The notes beneath the pieces are model-generated. The model worked only from the letters and a program-made list of their open reading frames with translations. It ran no database searches and had not been told where the DNA came from. A DNA stretch of 64,000 nt from Octopus sinensis (Eukaryota): NCBI RefSeq assembly GCF_006345805.1, contig NC_043001.1:79112001-79176000 (forward strand). The letters run 5' to 3'. Positions 53,227 to 64,000 of this stretch are shown here, one piece after another; position 1 is the first letter of the stretch, and each line of letters starts with the position of its first letter. A program made the translations under genes and the position numbers.

Positions 53227-53329
53227 AGTTCCTTGCTTTTCCTGATGAGAAAGCGGCATAATATACTCCTTATTCCTTCGCAATTAGGAATATGCAGCCT
53301 TCGAAACATATGTCGAAAATAAAGGAATT
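53227..53329 (+). ncRNA. Type I hammerhead ribozyme (3' pLTR)
   Basis: CTGATGA at 53242-53248; stem II GAAAGCGGCATA/TATGCAGCCTTC (10 of 12 pairs); GAAA at 53303-53306; palindromic CATATG; TC cleavage site after 53314; stem I of 15 positions with 2 mismatches. Confidence 0.85.
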
Positions 53330-53504
53330 TTGTTAATTCGTTGTTCAACTCCGTTCTTTCATATATTTATATTTAAAAAAAAAAACATACAAATTTCCAC
53401 ACGAAAGCACGTAACTTCAAACGTGTCTTCTCTGATGTGAATTTGCTACCCATGGATCGGTTAACCGAATTATCCATAACAAGATAATTCATTCAACTAC
53501 TCAA

Positions 53505-53536
<32 letters not shown>

Positions 53537-53547
53537 TATATATGTAT

Positions 53548-53683
53548 TCCGCCGAGGTCGACTTTGCCTTTCATCCTTTCGGGGTCGATAAATTAAGTAC
53601 CAGTTACACACTGGGTCGATATAATCGACTTAATCCGTTTGTTTGTCCTGTCTGTGTTTAGCCCCTTGTGGGTAGTAAAGAAA

Positions 53684-53685
<2 letters not shown>
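53548..53685 (+). mobile_element. 5'-truncated SINE A1 with a probable 11-bp TSD
   Basis: TATATATGTAT at 53537-53547 and 53686-53696. The context is low-complexity, so the TSD is less certain. Confidence 0.8.
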
Positions 53686-53749
<64 letters not shown>

Positions 53750-53807
53750 ACTATCTATCTATCTCTCTATTTGTCTGTCTCTCTCTCTCTCTGTATATAT
53801 ATATATA

Positions 53808-53850
53808 CAGTAATCCCTCGCCATATCGCGGTTTACCTATCACGGTTTAT
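53808..53850 (+). mobile_element. Possible pogo/Tigger-type TIR remnant
   Basis: TA|CAGTAATCCCTCGCCATATCGCGGTT; I could not find the second end. Confidence 0.3.
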
Positions 53851-54254
53851 TAACCTTTTTATTGTTGAGTGAGTGTGTTTCACAGTTTCCAAGTCAAATC
53901 ATAGAAATGAAAAAAAATCGATGTTATCAATATCTCAGTTTTTGTACCTAATACTCCCGCGGGAGCATCTGTCTTGGCGTTTGTTGATGGTCCTTTTTTC
54001 TCGCTTTGAAATATTTTAAAAGAGTTTAGCTAATACGCGAGTATGCAGGCACATTGACCTAGTGGTTAGGGCAGCGGACTCGCGGTCGATGGATCATGGG
54101 CTCGAATCTCAGACCGGGCAAAGTGTTTATGAGCGTAACACTTAAGCTCCACCTTTCTCCAGTAGATGATGATGTCGAACTTATGTTGGCTCTTTCGTCA
54201 TGGCTCGAGAAGGAACAAACAACAACAGATCTATACACAACGGGATTCTTTTAG

Positions 54255-54400
54255 CTTCTGTCTACAAAATTCACTCACAAAATTATTGTTGGCCAAGGCT
54301 ATAGTAGAAGAGACTTACCTAGGTTGCCATGCAGTGAACTGAGCCTAAATCCATGTGGGTGGGAAGCAAGCGTCTTACCACACAGCCACTCCTGCGCATG
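54255..54400 (-). mobile_element. SINE family B 5' half
   Basis: CTACAAAATTCACTCACAA...GGCTATAGTAGAAGA...ACCACACAGCCACTCCTGCGC. Confidence 0.7.
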
Positions 54401-54835
54401 TATAGGTAATATCTTTTGGCAAAGTGGTACCAGGCTTAAAGACATAAAGTCGCCATATTCTAGTCTTTGTAGTAAAGTTATCATGTCTCAAGTCTCGTCT
54501 AGAAAGGGATCACCTTTGATTCTCAACACATTTCTCTCACAATTTAAGTGTATGAGTCTGAATATATTAGTTTCTGTTCTTGCTGCTTCTGCTGCTGCGG
54601 CCAAACTTGGTGCCTCTGTTGCTATGTTACTGTTGTTACTATTTTGCATTCATTTTCTACACTTAGTGAATTTAGATGTGCAATATCATGTGATGTTGTA
54701 TTTACACACACACACACACACACATATGTATATATATATACTGAGAGAGAGAGATGGATTGAAAGATGGACAGATACGTAGATAGACAGAAAGATAGATG
54801 TAATACGTATCTGTATGCTTATATAAATATATATG

Positions 54836-54866
<31 letters not shown>

Positions 54867-55031
54867 ATATATATATATATATTATATGCATGCATATATG
54901 TATATATCTGTCTATTTGTCTGTCTGTCTCTCTCTCTTTGTCTACACACACATACATACATATATATACATATGTGTGTATGCGTGTCTGTGTATGTGGA
55001 AGTGTGTGTGTGTGTGTGTGTGGTGTGTGTT

Positions 55032-55077
<46 letters not shown>

Positions 55078-55895
55078 CGTGCGTGTGTGTTGTGTGTGTG
55101 TGTGCGTGTGTGTGCGTGCGTGTGTGTGTGTGTACAGATATTCAGTCGAGAAAAATGTTCTGCTCTGTTCCATAATATTTTTACGCCTTGTTTGACATAA
55201 ATATTTTACTGTATGAGAAAAATGAAAGTATCAAAAATAAACAATCATTGTTCTCCTGGCCGGATTAAGGATAGCTGAGTATTAATTTTATTTCCGAACA
55301 TTTTTGTTGTTCTATTTTCGTAAATATTCCGGCTTTTGTTGTATGTTTATTGTGGCGTATTTTCACCATTGTTGCTGTAGTCACATATATGTTTTGTTAT
55401 TTTCCTTTATTTCCGCTGGTGTTGGTGTTTTACTTTTCAACAAGATCCTGATCTAGCAGTGTACACAAACAAAAATTGTTTCTTGTCGTAGTGGAAAATG
55501 AATATTTATGAGCAGAAACTTACACAGATCCACAAATATAACAATATATAACAATATATATATAACAATAAGGGTTTAGCAATAAGTTGCTTGACCCCAT
55601 ACTGAAAAATTTATAAATAGCAGCCAAAGGACTACTATTTCCTTTTTCTACAAAAATATATCTCCACAGACAACAATATCTGTTACTCACATGTGGCAAA
55701 AAAAGAAGAAAAACAATGAAATCAAACAGTCTTCGAGTAATTATGGACGTACGTTTCTTATATATATAAGTTCAGCAAAAATTTAGATTCAAATGAATAT
55801 GGTACTTAATTTAGATGCACCAGAATTTTGTGTTGTGTTATCCATATAAATCCGTGGGGTGATTATAATCAAAATAAGCAACAAGAATGACTCCG

Positions 55896-55990
55896 GTAAT
55901 TTGGTACGATAATTTCGTACCACATCATCTTATTAAATGTTGTAAGTATTACAACAGTTTTAAAATGCTGAGCACTCATCAGCCAATTAC
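55896..55990 (-). ncRNA. Type I hammerhead ribozyme candidate
   Basis: Minus strand reads GTAATTGG-CTGATGA-GTGCT...GGTAC-GAAA-TTATCG-TA-CCAAATTAC. Stem I has 8 bp plus a 1-nt bulge, stem II has 5 bp, and the triplet is GUA. Confidence 0.7.
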
Positions 55991-57424
55991 AGTGGTTTTC
56001 CATTAATACAAAAATTTTCATATCACGTGGCAACATTATAGAGAAGATAGATATATAGACAAAGATGTGGATTTTAATTTTAAGAGCATTTGAGGTAGTG
56101 GACCCCATCAATTGACTGACTAAGATTCAGCTGTTCCAGACTACTGTAAGGTTCTGAGAGGGAAGAACAAATGAAAGGAGACAATAAAGATTTTCTATTT
56201 ATAGAAATGGGGTAAAGTGGGTGGGGCAGAGCTACATATAAAGGAATTTACGTAGAAAACAGGATTGTCACAACTAAATGCCAATTACTACTCTTTGATG
56301 AACAGATTTGGCGTTAGGAGAACTAGGTCAATGTCAAGTGGTCACAATACCATTCACAGAGAATGCAGAGACCTTACAAACCCTATGCACATCATCACAA
56401 CAGTTGGTCTATAAGTTCCAAGTACTTTGACACATTAGAATAAAGGAAAAAATATAAATCTAAAATTTATTCAATTTGGAGAAAAAGACTATCACTTATT
56501 ATGAGTAGGCATAGTACTTATATATATATATTTCCACTCGTCGGTACTCTATACACGAATTCCCACAGAAACGAATTTATATCACTGGTTTGAGGTAGAC
56601 GTGAATATAGCGTAAAATCTATCTGTTGATGTGCAGCAGCGACACAAAGTATAGATATTACACACACACACACAACGGGCTTCTTTCGGTTTCCGTCCAC
56701 CGAATCGACTCACAAGGCTATGATCGGTCGGCGGCGATAACAGAAGACACTTGTTGAAGTTCAAAGTGCTACGCAGCAGGACGGAATCATGGGTTTGGGA
56801 ATTTAAGTATATATATATATATATACACACACGCAATCGACAAGTATAGTACAATGAGGTGAGTGACGTGATAGAGGAAGGGGTACATAACATTACAGAG
56901 ATGATCCTTCGTCTTGGAAAAGAGAATAATTGTGCAACTGAAAAATTGAATCTAACAATCTTCATCTTCCCTCCACACTCTCCCTCTCTCTCTCCTTTTC
57001 TCCCCCTCTCCCCCATCTCTCTTTCTCTCTCTCTCTCCTCTCTCTCTCTCTCCATATCTGTGTGTTTCACTTTGTTTCCCTCTTTCCGACAACGAGTCGA
57101 CCCGCAACTTCTCTTCTCAACGGCATACGATCAAATTCACTGTCACAAATTTCCCTGTCTTTTCCTATAATATTGTGTAATGTAACTTCAAATACACAAC
57201 CGTCCGAAATACTCCACACTTTGGAACGTATTCAAAATCTTTCAATTCTTTATCGAATCAAATGAATTCTATTTTCGCTTGAATTCTTTATTCTTCTGCA
57301 TACGCATTACTCTCTGATATATTCCATCCATTAACTTTTATTTAAACCCAATTCTAGAAACATTACCATTCTTATATGTCCAACTTAGAGCTATATTGAT
57401 TTATAAAAGAATTTTATTAATACT

Positions 57425-58250
57425 ATTAAGGCGGTTATCTGGTTGAATCGTCAGTACGTTGGGCAAAATGCTTAGCAGCGTTTCGTCCGCCTTTACGCCC
57501 TGAGTTTGGTTTCGGAGACCAACATTTCAGGCCTTGTGCCTATTGTTGACAGGATTATTGAGGTGGCTAGCAGGCAGAATGGTTAGCACACCTTGCAAAA
57601 TGCGTAGCGGCATTTCGTCCGTCTTTCCATTCTGAGTTCAAATTCTGAATCATTAATGTGCCCTAAAAATTGGTTAGCGACGTTTCTTCCAACTTTGCGT
57701 TCTGAGTTCAAATATCACCGTGGCCGACTTTGCTTTTTATCCTTTTGGAGTCGATAAAACAAGTAGCAGTTAAGTGCTAGGGTTGATAGTATCGACCTAC
57801 CCTCTCATCCGAACTTGCTGGACTTGTGTCAAAATTTAAAGGCAAAGTTTATTTAAATTCAAGAGACATTACCTATAATATATATGACCAACATTTAACT
57901 GTATCGATATATAAAGGGATTATATTGATAGTACCAAGATGGTTAACTGGCAGAATGCTTAGTGCATCGGATAAACTTCTTTGCGGTAGTTCTTTCGGTT
58001 AATTACATTTCTGAGTTCAAATCTTTCCGCGATCGACTCCATCTTTCATCCTCAAGAACATAAATTACATGTTGATCACTAGGATCTATATAATCGATTA
58101 TCCCCGCTCGACAAAATTCCTGGAAATGTGCTTATAGTTGAAAGAAAATTTATTCTGTTTCTTTACGTCTTGGTTTAAATCTTACTGAGGTCTGCATTGC
58201 CCCTCATTATTTCGGGGGTCAATAAAAAGATCACCAATTTAAAGTTGCGG
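57425..58250 (+). mobile_element. Cluster of 4-5 tandem diverged SINE A copies
   Basis: Repeated head (GCAGAATGGTTAG/AAATGCTTAGC) and B-box (TCTGAGTTCAAAT) motifs with A2 and A3 tails. Confidence 0.7.
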
Positions 58251-59514
58251 ATTGGCGTAAGTGTAATTAGGTCGAACTGAATGCGGTATTCCTTCAGGAA
58301 CTTTGCGTTAGGAGTTCAAAATTCCATTGTTTTATTTGGGCGAAAGATTTAAGATGTCACCTGGTTTAACATGATCACATGGACAAGGTGCCAGTTTGAG
58401 GATAAATACCAGTTGACCTATAGTTATAAAAATTCAACCGCATCATCAACGCCAAACCGTGACCTGATTGTTATATTACGGAATTCTTTCTTCGAATTTT
58501 GTGATTTTTCATAAACAATTTTTTCCGATTAACTGATGATATTAACGTTTACTAATTTCTCAATGTCATTCCTCGCCACAAGATATTGAGTGTTTGGGAA
58601 GAAAATCTTGCGAGAACAGAACAGAGAAGTCTCCTTCGTGCAATCTTTACGCACTAAGAAGGCCCGCACCGCATCCAGATCATCAATCGTAGGTATTTCT
58701 AGATTGCCAGATTTTATGCTATTGTCGTGATTGCAATACACCTGGGAAGCTATGGTGCTCCACATCCAAAATATCATAGGTATTGTAACTAGAATAAACT
58801 GTAGTGTAAATCATTCCTTTCAAAATACATTTCCATTAAGCTTTTTTCCACTGTGGTGCTCTAAAATGACCGCAGATAAAACAGCAGATAAACTCCAAGT
58901 TGTGAGCTTGGCTTATGCTTTTATTTCACCAAATAATGTGGAGATTACAAGGCTAAAACAACTGGGTTGGCGTAAATTGAATGTTGATTACAAAGAATAT
59001 TTATGGAATGACTTTAGAATGTAAGTCCTTCAGGGCAGTGGTTTGTATTATTACACAAACATACATAATATATCATAGCACTTACACACAAACTCACTCA
59101 AGCACACACACAAACACTAACTCAAACAATGGAAACATGAAAGCTGCATATACAGAATCAATCAAGAGAAACAATGATGTAATATATATATATATGTCTA
59201 TACGTATACCTACGTATACTTATATATATACACATATACATACAGATACACAGGCACACACACACACACACACACACACACCACACACACACACACACAG
59301 CGACACAGACTCACTCATATGCATACATATATATATTATTTTGGCAAGCAATCATGAAAAGTGTAGAGAAAATGAACGAAATGGGAAATTTAGTAAAATA
59401 ATAATAATATTGATATTATTAAACCACTTTAAAATCTGCAAAAGAAAACACACACACACACACACACACGCACGTACACACACACATACTCACACACACA
59501 CACACACACACACA

Positions 59515-59561
<47 letters not shown>

Positions 59562-59639
59562 TAGATATAATTGAAAATTTCATTAACTAAAAAGGTGGGT
59601 ACAGAGAAGAGAATAATGACGACGCTACACCAGTTGATG

Positions 59640-59758
59640 ATAATGGTAATTGATGACGATGATGATGATGATGATGATGATGATAACAGTTGGGTTGTTG
59701 TTGGTGTTTTTGTTGTTGGTGGTGGTGTTGTTGGCTGTTGTGCTGGAGACGAGTGTGT

Positions 59759-59792
<34 letters not shown>

Positions 59793-60406
59793 GGTGATGA
59801 TCGTGTTGGTGATAATTATGACGACGACAACAACTACGACGATGATTAAAATAATTAACTAATAATAACCTAATCTAACGATGACGGTCATGAGTAGGTA
59901 GAGGGTGGGGGGCTAGTGGTCGATCGGGTGTCTGTTGGTACAAGAGCTAATGAGGGCGTTGTTGGTGGTGATTTTAATGATGACTATAAAGATTATGATG
60001 ATTGTGATCAATAAGTTTATGATCATTATGATTGTGATGATGAAAATAATTAACTAATAATAACCTAATCTAATGATGAGTATGATGAGGATGAATGGCT
60101 ATCGTGATGATAATAATATTGATACTACTACTACTAACGTTAAAAATAATAATATTAATAATGATAATAATAATAACAACAATATTAAGAATATTAATAA
60201 AGATAATAAGAGTCATTTCCTTAGTTTATAATAAAAATAATGACAATAATGTTGATAATTATAACAATAACTACAAGAAAAATAACAACAAAAAACAAAT
60301 TTAATAATGATGATGATGATGATGATGATGATTGGTGGTGGTGGTGGTGGTGGGTATGGTGGTGGTGGTGATGGTGGTGATGATGATGATGATGGTGATG
60401 GCGATG

Positions 60407-60470
<64 letters not shown>

Positions 60471-60966
60471 TGATGATGATGATAATAGGAGAAAAAAGAT
60501 GGCGGAATGTACGAAGAAATAAAATAAGTGGAAGGTGAAAAATGGAGAAGGAGAAGGAGGGAATAAAAACAAATAAATAACTAAATATTGGGAGAGATAA
60601 AACGAAATGAGTGAATTTAAATTCCATCTCCATTATGAAAAGTCTTTGAAGAGCTCTGGAGTACGGTTTGTGGAGACAATTAAAAAAGTGAGAGCAAATC
60701 GTGATTGAAAATTGTTTCTTCAAAGAGGAAATTAACTTAAGGGTGTATATGAAAACGGTGAGAGTGTCTGAGTGAGAGAGAGAGAGAAAGAGAGTGAGAG
60801 AGAGAAGGCGGGAGAGAGAGACGTAGAGAGAGGTGAGAGTGTATGTGCGTGTATTTGTGTGTGTGCGTGTATATGTGCGTGCGTGTGTGTGTGTGTGAAT
60901 GTGCGCGCCCGTGCGTGCATGTGTGCATGTTTGCGTGTGCGCGCATGTGCGAGCGTGTGTGTGTGT

Positions 60967-61002
<36 letters not shown>

Positions 61003-61876
61003 CTGTGTGTGATGCTGGAGTGGAGAGAAAGCGTAACAGATAGATTGAAGAGATGTGTTAGAGGAGACGATAATGAATCGATAAGAGAGACTGAGAAAAA
61101 GATGGTGGGTAGGTGAATGAGAGAGAGAGAGAAAAAGAGAGATAGATAGATAGAGAGAGAGAAACAGAGGGAGGTATATAGATAGACAGATAGCTAGATA
61201 GAAAGAGAGAGATAGATAGAAAGTGATAGAGAGTGAGAGGTAGAGAGAGAGTGATAGTAAGAGAGAAATAGAGAAACAGAGTTGATGAGAGAAGTAGCCT
61301 TCTTGTGAAAGAAGGAACAGTTAAATGAATGTAAAGTATAAAGTTTGAGTTTGATAAATAATGAGAGACAACGACAATTAGTGAGTGAAAATAGATTTAC
61401 AGAGAGGGGGAGAAGGGGGAGAAAGAGGGGAGAGAGAGGAGAGGAAGAAAGAGAGAAACAATGAGAGAGAGAAAACGAGAGTGGCAGAGATTGAAAGAGA
61501 GAGAGAGAGAGAAGGAGCAAGAGAGAAACAGATGTACGATGATGTTGAATGAGACGAGATAGAGACATAGTCAAGGAGAGAGAGGAAAGAGGAGTGATAG
61601 TGTGTGTGAGTAAGATGGTGAGTTATTATGTGTATGTGGTAGACTGTGAGTGTTTGTGTGTGTGTGTGTGTGTGTGTGAATGTGTGTCTGTGGGTAAGTA
61701 GGTGGGTGAGAGAAAGAATGAAGGCTAGTAGTGGGGAGAGAAGATGGAGAATGAAATATGCAGGGAGATCATAGAGAATTTGATAGAGCGAGTGAGGTCT
61801 GAAGTGTAAATAGATAGGTGTAAAGAGATGATGTAAAGAAAGGTTTGAAACTAGATGTACTAAGTAACATGTTGAA

Positions 61877-61927
<51 letters not shown>

Positions 61928-62301
61928 TGGGGAGAGAAGGGTGCGAAGTACGAGAAGGGAAGAGAAAGAGAGAGAGAGAGGGAAAGAGAAAAAGAGAGAG
62001 AGGGAAAGAGAAAGAGAGCAGACGGACTGACAAATAAACAAATAATGTGGAGAAGGAAAAAAAATATGTAAAAGGGTGTACAGAAGTTTTCTCAAAACAA
62101 CTTGTGAAACAAAGGAAATGATAAACGTGATTTACGGACAAATGAATCGAGAGAGAGAGAGAGAGAGGGGGAGAGAGGGAGAGACAGACTAATACACTGG
62201 AGATTGGGTGATGTATAAGTTTTAACCAGCACATGCTGTAGTTATTGAAAAAACGTAGAAATAGATAGATAGACAAACAGAAAGACAGACAGATAGTCAG
62301 C

Positions 62302-62387
<86 letters not shown>

Positions 62388-62390
62388 AGA
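59640..62390. repeat. Microsatellite-dense block: (GAT/GGT/AAT)n, (GT)n, (GA)n, (GATA)n
   Basis: Visible directly; accounts for all ORFs listed in this interval. Confidence 0.9.
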
Positions 62391-62477
62391 TACATAGGGA
62401 GAAACATACAAGAATTTAGGTAGTGTCCTGTTACCGTATTATACCGTTTACAGATCGAAAGTTTTAAACAAAAATTT

Positions 62478-62874
62478 TAGCAAAAGTTGGTATGTCCAAG
62501 TGAAACAGCAGAATTTGGAAAGATGGTGCCAAGGACTCCAAATTTGCCATCAAGATGTAGGACAAGATACTGTGATAGCCTGGGCTTCCGAGGCCCACAG
62601 CTCTTCAATATCCTCCCGATGAATCTAAGAGACCTGCATGGGGTGGATGCAGATGTCTTTAAAATGAAACTGGATCTCTTCTTGTCAGGTATCCCAGATG
62701 AACCAACTTCACGGCAGGAGGTGCAGATGAGGGCAGCTGCATCGAACTCTCTCATGCACCAAATGGCAGTTGCTAAAAAGCATTCTTGAAGTAAAACCAT
62801 GTAGCAACACCAAATGGCGGTGCCCCAGCATGGCCACAGCTCGTGAGCTGAAACTAGAATCAATCAATCAATCA
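62478..62874 (+). mobile_element. CR1-type LINE 3' fragment with intact ORF end, 3' UTR stem-loop and (CAAT)n tail
   Basis: RTRYCDSLGFRGPQLFNILPMNLRDLHGVDADVFKMKLDLFLSGIPDEP...RAAASNSL*, homologous to 16720-16900; tail GGCGGTGCCCCAGCATGGCCACAGCTCGTGAGCTGAAACTAG(AATC)4. Confidence 0.88.
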
Positions 62875-63343
62875 TGGTGAGAATTTTAGAAGGTTAACAT
62901 TACATGTCTATGCTAAGTACGATATAGACTTTTACGCCAGAAAATGCATTATTAGCGTTAGATTGACACTGACAGATCAGACATCTACTAAGAAGCGCTC
63001 CAAACGTAACCATCACATTTTAAAATGTATTTAGTAATATAGCAATATGTTTAACGTGTCCTTACTTTTTAAAGAGAAAGGATGTGATTGGGATGCCCAG
63101 GCTAATAGGTCTTGAACAGTAAATTAAAACAGCTTTGTAATGCATGAACAGTGAGGGATAACGTGTGAAAAAACAAGAGAAAGAGACACATACACACACA
63201 CTCACACACTCACATACATACGCACACTCACACTCACACAAACACACACGTATGTGAACAGTCCATATGTGACATTCCTGTTGTCCAACATATACTTACG
63301 CACATACGTCTATCTATCTATCTTTCTATCTATCTATCTATCG

Positions 63344-63418
<75 letters not shown>

Positions 63419-63485
63419 CCTCCGTCTGTCAGCCTTTCTGTCTGTCTGTCTGGCTGTCTGTATGTGTATCTATCTGTCTATCTAT

Positions 63486-63552
<67 letters not shown>

Positions 63553-63918
63553 CCTATCTATATATCTCTTTCGCTCTCTCTCGATATATATATAGACAAA
63601 GAAATATCGAAATATATAAAAATACACACATACATATATATTATATTCTATATGTGTCATTTTATGTGTGCCGCGTGCGCGCGTATGATTAAAATCGGTG
63701 GACCGACACTAAACTGGTTGAAACCACAAAAACTTCAATCGGCCATTTTTGCTGAAGGGCATACTAAGAAAAGTGTCTAACTGAGGGTTCGGACCTATTT
63801 ATGTCTGAAGAAACTTATATTCTCAGCCACTTTGTTTCCAGCTTATTACATTCAAATATTTCTACTCTACGGCCATATAGAGTACTAAATGTACTAGATA
63901 GCAATAATGTACGTACCA

Positions 63919-63984
<66 letters not shown>

Positions 63985-64000
63985 ATGTGTATAAATATAT

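Larger units (their letters stand above)
51222..53372 (+). mobile_element. Naiad/Chlamys-type Penelope-like element, 5'-truncated, with an inverted 5' pLTR and a direct 3' pLTR
   Basis: 173-bp inverted repeats at 51222-51394 and 53200-53372 (4 mismatches), each with a hammerhead. The interior encodes the RT thumb and GIY-YIG. Confidence 0.85.

Overview
This is repeat-saturated eukaryotic intronic or intergenic DNA. The SINE families and microsatellite load fit an octopus (coleoid cephalopod) genome, which is an inference and not a database result. I can support no intact host gene, and most listed ORFs are translations of microsatellites. Main contents: (1) a near-full-length (~6.2 kb), decayed Tx1/L1-clade LINE at 38866-45101 (-), inserted inside a (GATA)n array; (2) fragments of several Penelope-like elements (PLEs), including a Naiad/Chlamys-type element with a direct 3' and an inverted 5' pseudo-LTR, each holding a type I hammerhead ribozyme; (3) four further hammerhead-like motifs plus one degenerate one, with one sitting in a 357-nt unit with terminal redundancy (retrozyme-like); (4) CR1-type and R4/Dong-type LINE fragments, an internally deleted mariner, MITEs and non-autonomous Helitrons; (5) many tRNA-headed SINEs built from swappable modules. 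Two LINE-SINE partnerships can be read directly from the window. SINE family A shares its 3' stem-loop tail with the Tx1 LINE. SINE family B shares its 3' stem-loop, with compensatory changes, with the CR1-type LINE. All alignments and RNA folds were done by eye and need computational confirmation.
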